This document shows positions 16,274 to 25,058 of a stretch of 32,000 bases of DNA, in pieces. Made by a program: the position numbers and the translations under genes. This stretch comes from Flavobacteriaceae bacterium. Its GTDB lineage: Bacteria > Bacteroidota > Bacteroidia > Flavobacteriales > Flavobacteriaceae. Location: positions 2,430,001 through 2,462,000 of the forward strand of contig OZ245049.1 in the NCBI GenBank assembly GCA_965224465.1, written 5' to 3'. Below the pieces are notes generated by a model. It was given only the letters and a program-made list of their open reading frames with translations. It did no database searches and was not told the origin of the DNA. Numbering within the stretch: the first letter of the stretch is position 1; every line of letters starts with the position of its first letter.

Positions 16274-16582
16274 TTATTTATTGATTCTTTTTATAACTAT
16301 TTCAGGGTATTTACTTGTATGCAAAACTCCAAAAATAATAACTCTCCGCTGTTCTTCTTCAACTAAATAGAAAATAGCATAAGGAAAACGAGTAACTAAA
16401 GATGGTCGTAACTCTTTATATTTTAGCTGATAATGTACTGGATATTTCCCAATATAATCGATTTCTTTTTCAACTTCTATTTTAAATTCTTTGGCTAATG
16501 TTTCGTTTTTATTCTGATACCATTTTTTAGCCTTTCGTAAATCTGTTTGTACGATTGGCAGTAATTGTATTTTTTAACACAT
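16274..16582 (-). pseudogene. RelE/ParE-family type II toxin with an in-frame TAA at codon 3; possibly inactivated or translated from a non-canonical start
   Basis: The minus strand reads ATG TGT TAA AAA ATA CAA TTA CTG... Its ATG overlaps the antitoxin stop (TAATG). After the TAA the frame stays open for 99 codons: KIQLLPIVQTDLRKAKKWYQNKNETLAKEFKIEVEKEIDYIGKYPVHYQLKYKELRPSLVTRFPYAIFYLVEEEQRRVIIFGVLHTSKYPE..., a typical Bacteroidota ParE/RelE pattern. The ORF track omits it because the frame has no ATG after the stop. Confidence 0.65.
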
Positions 16583-16845
16583 TACCAATCAAGCTTTACA
16601 TCTTCCCAATCTAAAATATTATCCGGGCTGTCTTTATAACTTTTTAAACGAGTATCTAACTCTTTTTTTTGTGCGGTAGAAATTTCTTGATACTCTTCTT
16701 TTTCTTGCTTTAAAACACGTTCTAAAGCCGTCATAATCTTCTCTTTATCTATACTGAATAATTCTTGTATAAAATTATATTTTCGTGCTTCTAAATCCAT
16801 AATACGTATCTTTTCACTTCTGTAAAGATACAAATTTTGTTCCAT
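16582..16845 (-). CDS. Putative addiction-module antitoxin component (Unstab_antitox / TIGR02574-like)
   Basis: The C-terminal KKELDTRLKSYKDSPDNILDWEDVKLDW matches the family signature. It lies immediately upstream of the ParE/RelE-like frame and is translationally coupled to it. The real start may be the Met at 16800 (MDLEARKYNFIQELF). Confidence 0.7.
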   Translation of the reverse strand: MEQNLYLYRSEKIRIMDLEARKYNFIQELFSIDKEKIMTALERVLKQEKEEYQEISTAQKKELDTRLKSYKDSPDNILDWEDVKLDW

Positions 16846-16871
16846 ATTTTTAATTCCCTTATTCTCCCCAC

Positions 16872-16947
16872 TTTCACGATTGTATCGTGTGATCGTAGCA
16901 GCTTAGGAATCCGTGCGCACCCACATTCACACGACTAACCTAGAAAC
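16872..16947 (+). repeat. Roughly 85-bp direct repeat flanking the TA cassette (right copy)
   Basis: See 16138-16222. In addition, an inverted partial copy at 16248-16274 (reverse complement tccccactaccgattgtatcgtgtagc) mirrors 16865-16892 (tccccactttcacgattgtatcgtgtga). Confidence 0.7.
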
Positions 16948-17199
16948 AGTACACAATTATGTTGTTGACAGTGTTTTAACGCATTTATAATTACGTATTT
17001 CTGATTCAACCGCGTAAATACATCTACCCAGCCTACCGTTTAATAGTTATAATTAAGCCTCTTCTGTTTCTGTTGCTTTATATTTGGTTGACATATTTTT
17101 TAGTTTACTATTATTTTTTCTTTTTTTAAGCTTTGAGTGAGCAACCTTACGTGACGCACTTTGTGGGCACGGATTGTAAATCCGCGCTATCACGTGGGC

Positions 17200-17379
17200 G
17201 GTATGTCCGCGCCATCGGGTTCATGCATTCTAAAGGTATAGTTCAGACTATTCCCTTCCCCCTTAACTTCATCATACATTTCCTGCCCTTGGAAGCCGTA
17301 CCTATAATCAGGCGTATTGTGATGCCTGTTTGGTAGCAACACCCCAAACACATACCCCCCTACACAGTTTTAAATAATA
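17200..17379 (-). pseudogene. Orphan fragment resembling the C-terminal tip of an RHS/YD-repeat core, truncated by GC-rich hairpin repeats
   Basis: The minus-strand frame reads ...[34 protein letters not shown]|DGADIPPT*. The YRYGFxGxE...[12 protein letters not shown].(D/E)P pattern matches my recollection of the conserved RHS-associated core end in Bacteroidota. There is no start codon. The frame breaks where the expected R.GRF..DP motif should follow, inside gcgcggacataccgcccac. Confidence 0.4.
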
Positions 17380-17414
17380 TTTTAAAGAACTTACAACAGT
17401 TAAATGTAACTAAA

Positions 17415-17446
17415 AAAGCAAGACCTTTTGGGGTTCTTGCTTTTTG
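17415..17446. terminator. Bidirectional intrinsic terminator, downstream of the disrupted YwqK-like gene
   Basis: aaaagcaagacc pairs with ggttcttgcttttt. The stem is flanked by an A-run and a T-run. Confidence 0.6.
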
Positions 17447-17534
17447 TTGGATTATATTTGTTGTTTGCTGCGAAGTCAGAGACTATCGCAGAGCTGTATT
17501 TTTTTATTTAAACTTTGCGGAGCGGGAATTCTCA

Positions 17535-17757
17535 TTACCAATTAGTATATGGATATACTCCCCACATATGAGAACCTCCATTTTTATCTATATAAACATA
17601 ATAACTCCATAGTTCATGTACATGAGGAAAACAATACCAAGTCTCTTCTTTCAATCTTCCAATAGTATCATATGTTTTTTTGGTGTTACCCCTAAAATAC
17701 CATTTGATATCCTTATTTTTTTTATCGAAATAAATTTTTTTGATTTTATTGTTATGC
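17535..17757 (-). pseudogene. YwqK/MORN-variant-repeat-like small protein (a type of immunity protein), interrupted near its 5' end by IS30
   Basis: The minus-strand frame reads QHNNKIKKIYFDKKNKDIKWYFRGNTKKTYDTIGRLKEETWYCFPHVHELWSYYVYIDKNGGSHMWGVYPYTNW*. A matching 5' piece with an ATG (MCFVKIDFIFN) lies at about 18880-18913 on the far side of the IS. The two pieces join in frame if about 1.12 kb is removed. Confidence 0.45.
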
Positions 17758-18880
17758 TGAATTCAAGTCACAAACGCAACTTTTAGTTAAATAATAATTG
17801 TTCCATTACAAATATAGGATTTTGATATTTATGTCTCTTCCTAGGTCTGTTATTTAATTTTGTTTCTACCTCTTTGATTCTTTGATCTGTTAGGTTTGTA
17901 AAGTCACTTCCTTTGGCAAAATATTGTCTAATCAAACCATTTAAATTTTCGTTAGATCCTCTTTCCCAAGAGTGATATGGATGCGCAAAAAAGTAATCAA
18001 TACATAAATTTTCTGCAACCTGCTCATGGCCTGCAAATTCTTTTCCATTATCAGCTGTTATAGTATGTAGATAAGGCTTCCAGTCTTCTAATATTTCATT
18101 GATAGCTTTAGTGACAACAACTGCTTCTTTAGAGCTTACTTTTTTCATTTTAAGCATTCCAGAAGCTCTATCATTTACGGTAAGTATGGCTTGATTATGG
18201 TTTTTACCTATGATTAAATCGACCTCTAAATCTCCAAATCGATTTCTTTGTTCAACAACTTCAGGGCGTTGTTCTATACTAATACGATTCTTTATAACCC
18301 CTCTAGAATCCTTTGATGAGCCACGTTTTCTATATCTCCTTCCCTGTCTGCGAAGGTGTGTATGTAAATCACCATCATTCCTCTTGTCTTCCCTAATATG
18401 CTGATATATACGCTCAATAGACACCGTTTCTTTACCTTGTTTTTTTAGGACACCAACTACTTGCTCAGGACTATAATCGTCTCGCAATAACAACTCTATT
18501 GCTTGTTGAATATCTTCTGTAAAGCGTTTTCTTTTAGGCTTTTCTTTATGACGTTTAGCATACTTTTTTTGGGCTAATTCATGCTTGTAAACTCCATTTC
18601 TTTTGTCTGAATTACGCTTAATCTCTTTGCTAATAACAGACTTGTCTTTTCCTATAGCAGCTGCTATCTCAACCTGTTTATAACCTTGTTTTAACATGCA
18701 ACAAATTGTGTATCTTTGCGCTTGGGTGATGTGTTTCATACAACTTCTTTTTTCGAGATTTGAGACCGTAAGATACATATCCATCAAGACAAGAAAGGTA
18801 GGTTTTCCTACTTTTCTGTTTTGAAAATATAACCATCATAGAATCAAATCGAAAAGTTGCGTTTATTAGTTGAATTTAAG
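17758..18880 (-). mobile_element. IS30-family insertion sequence (about 1.12 kb)
   Basis: Single transposase ORF with imperfect terminal inverted repeats: the left end is (t)gaattcaagtcacaaacgcaactttt, and the reverse complement of the right end is ttaaattcaactaataaacgcaactttt. The exact ends are uncertain by about 3 bp, and I could not identify a target-site duplication. Confidence 0.85.
17783..18739 (-). CDS. IS30 family transposase
   Basis: MKHITQAQRYTICCMLKQGYKQVEIAAAIGKDKSVISKEIKRN is the helix-turn-helix N-terminus typical of IS30. A DDE core is present (DLEVDLI..., ITADNGKEF, SWERGSNENLNGLIRQY). I chose the start at the Met at 18739; the ORF extends to 18787. Confidence 0.9.
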   Translation of the reverse strand: MKHITQAQRYTICCMLKQGYKQVEIAAAIGKDKSVISKEIKRNSDKRNGVYKHELAQKKYAKRHKEKPKRKRFTEDIQQAIELLLRDDYSPEQVVGVLKKQGKETVSIERIYQHIREDKRNDGDLHTHLRRQGRRYRKRGSSKDSRGVIKNRISIEQRPEVVEQRNRFGDLEVDLIIGKNHNQAILTVNDRASGMLKMKKVSSKEAVVVTKAINEILEDWKPYLHTITADNGKEFAGHEQVAENLCIDYFFAHPYHSWERGSNENLNGLIRQYFAKGSDFTNLTDQRIKEVETKLNNRPRKRHKYQNPIFVMEQLLFN

Positions 18881-18954
18881 ATTAAAAATGAAGTCTATTT
18901 TCACAAAGCACATCCTTTTTAAAAAGACGTCCTTAATTATAGGTATACACAGTT

Positions 18955-19275
18955 TTAGCGCCCTACTAGCAATGTGTTTTTATTCTCTATCATCATCATC
19001 TTACATTCATCTTTAGACGATATCCGATACATCACTTTATTTTTTAGATTAAACATTTCGCCTATAGTCATAAAAATAGGAGCTGATCCTTCCTCTTCAA
19101 ACAAGACAGTCCCTTCTAAAACATAGCACAATTGATCTTTTTGATCATGCACTTCCCAAGGTGTATCACCTCCTTTTACACGTATAATCTTCACTGAGAC
19201 ATCAGCTGCGTCCTCTCCTATAGTGGCAGAAAAAAAAGCTGATTTTGCTACAAACTCCTCTAGTAAATCTCTCAT
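18955..19275 (-). CDS. Cupin domain protein
   Basis: 106-aa ORF. WEVHDQKDQLCYVLEGTVLFEEEG resembles a cupin beta-barrel motif. It is only 1 nt downstream of the upstream gene (the DUF3365-like protein). Confidence 0.55.
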   Translation of the reverse strand: MRDLLEEFVAKSAFFSATIGEDAADVSVKIIRVKGGDTPWEVHDQKDQLCYVLEGTVLFEEEGSAPIFMTIGEMFNLKNKVMYRISSKDECKMMMIENKNTLLVGR

Positions 19276-19276
19276 A

Positions 19277-19846
19277 TTAAAACTGTATGCTCCAGATACC
19301 TCTTAAATCACCTACTTTATAACCGGTAGCTAAATCGTTTGGATACAGTGTTTTTATAAGTGAATCTGTAGTTTTGGAAACTTGCTCTCCCACCACTCCA
19401 TGGCAAACCAAACATTTAGAATTGATAATAATAGGTGCGTAGAACTGTGGTTCTCCAGAAGGGCGACTTAGTAACACGGGGGCCAATAAGTTTCCCTGTA
19501 GTTTTTTTATTTCATAGTCTTCAATAATTCCTATTTCTATTTTTGAAGGCTTATTATTACCATTCCTAAACAATTTTGAAACTCTTTTGATTCGAACATG
19601 CTCTTGTCCTGCAATTTTATCTGTCAAAAGAATGGCTTGCGAATTACAAAAAGGAAGTGCTTGAGGAGGTCCTCCTTGCTTCATTTGAGTCATTAAATTC
19701 CTACTTAACAATTTAAATGTTTTTTGGGTAATTTCTTTCCCTAATGCTAAATATTCATTTTGAGCTTCTTTGGATAATTTAGTAGCGGTATTGCAACCCA
19801 CAAACCCTATAAACAACACATATAATAAGCTATATTTTAGATTCAT
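19277..19846 (-). CDS. DUF3365-like c-type heme-binding protein (CxxCH), exported
   Basis: 189-aa ORF with a lipoprotein-like signal (..FVGC), a CLVCHG heme-binding motif and a C-terminal GDLRGIWSIQF motif typical of DUF3365. Confidence 0.6.
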   Translation of the reverse strand: MNLKYSLLYVLFIGFVGCNTATKLSKEAQNEYLALGKEITQKTFKLLSRNLMTQMKQGGPPQALPFCNSQAILLTDKIAGQEHVRIKRVSKLFRNGNNKPSKIEIGIIEDYEIKKLQGNLLAPVLLSRPSGEPQFYAPIIINSKCLVCHGVVGEQVSKTTDSLIKTLYPNDLATGYKVGDLRGIWSIQF

Positions 19847-19903
19847 AATAAAAATATTTTAATTAACTACATATATTCAAGCTGCATTCCCCTTTTAAGC
19901 AAA

Positions 19904-20326
19904 TTACTTTTTAACCAATGGGAAACCGCTTTTTTTCCATTTTAGAACGCCATTTTTCAGTTCAAATACCTGAGTAAATCCAGACTGAATCAACTTTCTA
20001 GAAACATAACTTGATCTATTCCCACTTTTGCAATAAACATATATTGGTTTAGACTTATCAAAACCTGCATAATTAGACAACCATCCCTTAGCGTAAAAGT
20101 TTATATTCCGGGCGTTTTCTATATGCCCATATTTAAACTCTTGCGGTGTACGTACATCTATCAATACTTGATTTTTCATTCCTTTATCAAATAATTGTGC
20201 TTCCAATAAATTCACTTTTATCTCCACTCCAGAAGCGTCTACTACTGCTGTTGGTTTTCCTTGTCCACAACTAGAAATTGCAATGCTAAAAAAAGCAAGG
20301 CAATACATAAATAATTTATTTTTCAT
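19904..20326 (-). CDS. Rhodanese-like sulfurtransferase, lipoprotein
   Basis: 140-aa ORF with the signal plus lipobox ..ISSCGQ, the motif IDVRTPQEFKYGHIENA and the active-site loop YCKSGNRS. Confidence 0.85.
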   Translation of the reverse strand: MKNKLFMYCLAFFSIAISSCGQGKPTAVVDASGVEIKVNLLEAQLFDKGMKNQVLIDVRTPQEFKYGHIENARNINFYAKGWLSNYAGFDKSKPIYVYCKSGNRSSYVSRKLIQSGFTQVFELKNGVLKWKKSGFPLVKK

Positions 20327-20375
20327 TCTGTAATATTTTCACCCTTAAAAGGGAATTAGTTTCGTATTTGTTTTT

Positions 20376-21791
20376 TTATAAAATTGTAGTAGGACATATA
20401 AAATCAGATAAAACAAGTCCAGTCTCTCTTATATCTTTATATCCTCCTCTAATATCTGTAACATTATTTATCCCATGAGCCTTAAAAATAGAGGCTGCAA
20501 TTAAAGACCTATATCCACTTTTACAATGCAAATAATAGGATTTACTTGAATTGATAATGGCACTATTTTCGTTGATAAAATCTAGCGGAAAATTAGTAAC
20601 ACCCACAACATGTTCTGACAAATATTCAGATTCTTTCCGAACATCCAACACAACTTCAAGATTATTTTCTTTAAATTTCACTGCAAATTCCGACGCTGAT
20701 ATTGACTTCACTTTATCTACAGCTAAGCCTGCATCCAACCAACTTTTAATCCCTCCTTTTAAAAAACCTGCAGTATTATCATAGCCTACACGAGAAAAAC
20801 GCGTCACAACTTCTTGTTCCCTTCCTTGATCAGCAATAAATATAATTTTTTGCCCAATATTTTTTATCAATGCCCCCACCCATGGAGCAAAACTACCGTC
20901 TATCCCAATAAACCAAGCTCCTGGAACAGTCCCTTGATTTGTATATGCTTCCTTAGAACGCGTATCTATCACCAACACTTCTGGTTGCTTACTTTTGGCT
21001 AAAAAGGTACCAGGATCTAAAGGAGTAGTTCCTTTGGTCACAATTTCATCTATACTCAAATTAATGCCCTTATTCATTTTTACATTATTAGGAAAGTACT
21101 GAGGCGGTGTTTTTAAGCCCGTGAGTACTTCTTTAATAAACTCTTCACGTGTCATATCGTCTCGCAAGGCATAATTTGTTTTTTTCTGATTCCCTAAGGT
21201 ATCAAAAGTTTCGTTACTCATATTTTTCCCACAAGCAGAACCTGCACCGTGATTTGGGTAAATAATGATATCGTCTGGCAATCGCATAATCTTATTCCGA
21301 AGAGAATCAAATAGATAACTCGCCAAATCTTCTTGAGACACGGAGGAACTTACAGCTAAATCTGGGCGCCCTACATCTCCAATAAACAAGCAATCACCTG
21401 TAAAAACATACGGTTTATTACCACTTTCATCTACTAAAACCAATGATATTGATTCCATTGTATGCCCCGGAGTGTGCAACAATTCTAAGGTAATATTCCC
21501 CAGTTTAAATTGTTCTCCATCGGTCGCATTATGAATTTTATAATTTGCTTCTGCAGTTGGACCAAACACAATAGTAGCTCCTGTTTTCTTCGCTAAATCA
21601 ACTTGTCCCGAGACAAAATCTGCATGAAAATGAGTCAAAAATATGTATTTTATGGTAGCACCATCTGCTTTTGCCATTTCTATATAAGGCTCTGTTTCAC
21701 GCAAGGGATCAATAATGGCAACCTCTCCATTAGATTCTATATAATAAGCCATTTCCGCAAGACAGCCTGTAAATAATTGTTCTACTCTCAT
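20376..21791 (-). CDS. MBL-fold persulfide-dioxygenase-like protein fused to rhodanese domains
   Basis: The N-terminal MBL domain carries THFHADF (HxHxDH). Two rhodanese-like modules follow, the second with the active-site loop HCKSGYRS. I place the start at MRVEQLFTGCLAEMAYYIE (21791); the ORF extends to 21812. Confidence 0.85.
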   Translation of the reverse strand: MRVEQLFTGCLAEMAYYIESNGEVAIIDPLRETEPYIEMAKADGATIKYIFLTHFHADFVSGQVDLAKKTGATIVFGPTAEANYKIHNATDGEQFKLGNITLELLHTPGHTMESISLVLVDESGNKPYVFTGDCLFIGDVGRPDLAVSSSVSQEDLASYLFDSLRNKIMRLPDDIIIYPNHGAGSACGKNMSNETFDTLGNQKKTNYALRDDMTREEFIKEVLTGLKTPPQYFPNNVKMNKGINLSIDEIVTKGTTPLDPGTFLAKSKQPEVLVIDTRSKEAYTNQGTVPGAWFIGIDGSFAPWVGALIKNIGQKIIFIADQGREQEVVTRFSRVGYDNTAGFLKGGIKSWLDAGLAVDKVKSISASEFAVKFKENNLEVVLDVRKESEYLSEHVVGVTNFPLDFINENSAIINSSKSYYLHCKSGYRSLIAASIFKAHGINNVTDIRGGYKDIRETGLVLSDFICPTTIL

Positions 21792-22050
21792 TTTTAAATA
21801 ATTTATTTCCAAACGTTTCTATATCGGAATACGTTCGTATTTCTAGTGACAACCTCAGTACTCTTAATTTAAATACACGCTAGTTTTAACGTATAGATTT
21901 CTCAAATTAACAAGCTTAGTTCACCATCCTTTCACTCTTAAAATTTGGACTAACAAACTTAGTATTTCCTATAGTATTGAAAGTACTTTTTGTTACACAG
22001 CCCAAAAACAATGCAAAAAGTACATATTTTAATTGACATTTAGTATGATA

Positions 22051-23781
22051 TCAATCATTAATTTGACTTATATATTTGCCGTACCTTCCATTATTTTCAC
22101 TACGTTGGACGCTATCCGCATAACAATTCATGGCTTGTTGAATCCCCATATAACAGTTTTCGAAATCTGTTCCATTAAATATCCCTCCTTTAGACATGGC
22201 ATCTCTAACAGGGCCTTTTAAAGCTGTAAACACAATTTTAATGCCCATTTTTGTGTATTTTTTATTAATTTCCTTGAGCATTCGAATGGCACTACTGTCC
22301 AAGTTATTAATACTCTCACCATGGATAATTATCAATTTTAAAGCAGTTCCTTTACGGGCTACCAATGCAGCTAATGTATCTTTAAAATAACTAATATTCG
22401 CAAAATAAATTTGTGCATCAAATCTATAAATCAATACATCTTTACACGGAACTAAGGATTCGAATCTATCTATATTTCTATAAAAATGTGTTCCTGGAAC
22501 CCTTGCCAATACTGCCACATGTGGTTTTGTAGACCTATAAATAACCATTATAAGAGATAAGGTCACCCCAATAGCAATTCCTTTTTCAATCCCTAAAAAT
22601 AAAGTAGCGCAAAAAGTAGCCACAAGCAACCAAAAATCTATCCGATTACTTTTATATAAGAACAAAGCCTCTTTTACATCTATCAATCCATACACCGCAA
22701 CTAGAATTATAGAAGCTAAAATGGTATTGGGTAAATTGTAAAACAACGGGGTTAAAAACAATAAGGTACACACAATTAACACTGCACTAAACAGGGATGC
22801 CATTGGTGTTTTTGCACCTGCCTCATTATTTACTGCGGTCCGTGCAATACCACCAGACACAGGATAGGACTGAAAAAAAGCACCTATCATATTAGAAAAA
22901 CCGAGAGCTTTGAGCTCTTGATTTGCATTTACCACATGATCCCCTCTTTGGCTTTCTAATGATTTTGCAACGGCAATACTCTGCATATACCCTACCAAAG
23001 CAATGGTAACCGCCATGGGAAACAATTGATTTAAAATAGCATAATCAAACCGAAACACAGAAAAGTGAGGCAACGCTGATGGGATATCCCGTGTTATTTC
23101 TAGCGATGTTCCTAGATCAAAAAAAGTGACCGTCAAAATCCCAAAAAGCATCGCTACCAATAAAACAGGGATAGCGGTATGTATTTTTTTTAATACTACA
23201 ATCAATAGAATGGCTGTAAGACCAATACCAAGCGCCAATACATTCACTTGATCTATCTTTTCTAGCAAACTCCTTACAATCACAATTACATTGCTACTTC
23301 TTTCTATTTGAACACCTAGCAAATGTTTGAGCTGCGTTAAGCCTATAATGGCAGCGGCAGCCGATGTAAATCCACTTATAACAGGATAAGACAAAAAATT
23401 AACTAAAAAACCAAGCCTAAAAACGCCCAGCATAACTTGTAGACAGCCCACCATAAACGATAACAACACCGCATAATTAATATAAGTACTCATATCTAGC
23501 GCTCCAAAAGAAGACAAGGCAGTCGCCGTTAATAAAGACAACATCGCAACAGGCCCAACAGACAATTGCATAGAAGTCCCCAAAAGCACATATATCAAGA
23601 CTGGAACCAAGGCAGCATACAATCCATACACAGGTGGTAATCCTGCCACAGAGGCGTAAGCCATAGCTTGAGGAATCAGCATGACTCCAATGGTGAATCC
23701 TGCAAGTAAATCTTTTTGTAAAAAGGATTTCTTATACTGAGGTAGCCAATTTAAAATTGATACAAATGCACGAATGTTCAT
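22051..23781 (-). CDS. SulP family inorganic anion (sulfate) permease with a C-terminal STAS domain
   Basis: 576-aa polytopic protein. The motifs DLLAGFTIGVMLIPQAMAYASVAGLPPVYGLY and the STAS-like tail are typical of SulP. Confidence 0.9.
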   Translation of the reverse strand: MNIRAFVSILNWLPQYKKSFLQKDLLAGFTIGVMLIPQAMAYASVAGLPPVYGLYAALVPVLIYVLLGTSMQLSVGPVAMLSLLTATALSSFGALDMSTYINYAVLLSFMVGCLQVMLGVFRLGFLVNFLSYPVISGFTSAAAAIIGLTQLKHLLGVQIERSSNVIVIVRSLLEKIDQVNVLALGIGLTAILLIVVLKKIHTAIPVLLVAMLFGILTVTFFDLGTSLEITRDIPSALPHFSVFRFDYAILNQLFPMAVTIALVGYMQSIAVAKSLESQRGDHVVNANQELKALGFSNMIGAFFQSYPVSGGIARTAVNNEAGAKTPMASLFSAVLIVCTLLFLTPLFYNLPNTILASIILVAVYGLIDVKEALFLYKSNRIDFWLLVATFCATLFLGIEKGIAIGVTLSLIMVIYRSTKPHVAVLARVPGTHFYRNIDRFESLVPCKDVLIYRFDAQIYFANISYFKDTLAALVARKGTALKLIIIHGESINNLDSSAIRMLKEINKKYTKMGIKIVFTALKGPVRDAMSKGGIFNGTDFENCYMGIQQAMNCYADSVQRSENNGRYGKYISQIND

Positions 23782-23782
23782 C

Positions 23783-24805
23783 TTAAAATAATTCTCCTTG
23801 TTTGCCTAATTTAGTCCTTCCTAGATGAGCGTATGCCAATTTAGTAACCTCTCTCCCTCTAGGCGTACGCATAATAAACCCTTGTTGAATTAAAAAAGGC
23901 TCATATACTTCCTCTATCGTTTCCGTATTTTCACTTACAGCCGTTGCCAAAGTACTAATACCTACAGGTCCTCCTCCAAATTTATCCATTATGGTGGTTA
24001 AAATTCTATTGTCCATTTCGTCAAGACCATGCGCATCAACATTTAACGCATTCAACGCGTATTTTGCAATGGCAATATCTATACTCCCATTCCCTTTGAT
24101 CTGTGCAAAATCACGTACCCTACGCAACAAAGCATTGGCAATACGCGGAGTACCACGGCTACGACCTGCAATTTCAATAGCAGCTTCCATAGCAATAGGA
24201 ACCTTTAATATCTGTGCACTTCGTTGGACAATAGTAGACAGCAATTCTGTACTGTAATATTGCAAACGACTGCTAATTCCAAAACGTGCGCGCATAGGTG
24301 CGGTTAACAAACCCGATCTAGTAGTCGCTCCTATTAAGGTAAAAGGCTCTAAATCAATCTGAACCGTACGAGCGTTTGGTCCTGTTTCTATCATAATATC
24401 GATTCGGAAATCCTCCATTGCAGAATATAAATACTCTTCTATCACAGGGCTCAATCGGTGAATCTCATCTATAAACAATACATCTCTAGTTCCTAAATTC
24501 GTCAACAATCCTGCCAAATCGCCTGGCTTGTCCAAGACAGGTCCCGAAGTAATTTTAATATCTACTTCCAACTCATTGGCTAAGATATTTGCCAAGGTGG
24601 TCTTTCCCAGTCCAGGAGGCCCGTGAAACAAGGTGTGATCTAAAGCTTCCCCTCGTTGATTGGCAGCCTCAACAAAAATTTTCAGGTTTTCCATAATACT
24701 TTCTTGACCCGTAAAATCGTCAAAACTTAAGGGTCTTAACGCTTTTTCTACTTCAATATCAGTATTTGAAAAATGATCTTTTTCAGGATTTAAATGTTCA
24801 TTCAT
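23783..24805 (-). CDS. ruvB: Holliday junction branch-migration helicase RuvB
   Basis: [11 protein letters not shown]..., Walker [10 protein letters not shown] and Walker [10 protein letters not shown], plus the conserved C-terminal winged-helix region. I place the start at MNEHLNPEK (24805); the longer ORF to 24871 runs into the flank of repeat F. Confidence 0.95.
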   Translation of the reverse strand: MNEHLNPEKDHFSNTDIEVEKALRPLSFDDFTGQESIMENLKIFVEAANQRGEALDHTLFHGPPGLGKTTLANILANELEVDIKITSGPVLDKPGDLAGLLTNLGTRDVLFIDEIHRLSPVIEEYLYSAMEDFRIDIMIETGPNARTVQIDLEPFTLIGATTRSGLLTAPMRARFGISSRLQYYSTELLSTIVQRSAQILKVPIAMEAAIEIAGRSRGTPRIANALLRRVRDFAQIKGNGSIDIAIAKYALNALNVDAHGLDEMDNRILTTIMDKFGGGPVGISTLATAVSENTETIEEVYEPFLIQQGFIMRTPRGREVTKLAYAHLGRTKLGKQGELF

Positions 24806-24856
24806 AGTTGGACAAAGATACACAATAGGGATGAAAAAATTACTGCTAATAGTATA

Positions 24857-25011
24857 CCAATTAGAAACCAAAATTACTGCTATAAATAGTTTGTTTTACG
24901 TTCTAGCGTTGTTAAAAAACAGAACGATAGCTAGGGCTATACTTAGATGTATCGCCTAGCTAAAACAAAAAATAATTACATTCCTAAACCATCACTTGAA
25001 AATATATTTGG
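24857..25011 (+). repeat. Intergenic palindromic repeat family, copy F (near consensus)
   Basis: ccaattagaaaccaaaattactgctataaatagtttgttttacgttctagcgttgttaaaaaacagaacgatagctagggctatacttagatgtatcgcctagctaaaacaaaaaataattacattcctaaaccatcacttgaaaatatatttgg. Confidence 0.88.
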
Positions 25012-25058
25012 TATTACACTGTAAACTTTGAGCTAGCTAAACATAAAAAAAAGAGCAT

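Noticed and set aside
17133-17336. A 67-aa plus-strand ORF ([30 protein letters not shown]...)
   Set aside because: It runs through the GC-rich REP-like hairpins and is antisense to the RHS-tip-like frame. Its composition reflects the palindromes rather than coding sequence.
17758-18880. Whether the 150-bp repeat family is a MITE derivative of the IS30 element in this window
   Set aside because: The IS30 terminal repeats (aattcaag/ctaa.aaacgcaactttt) share no similarity with the repeat arms (ccaattacaattcaaaatgac).
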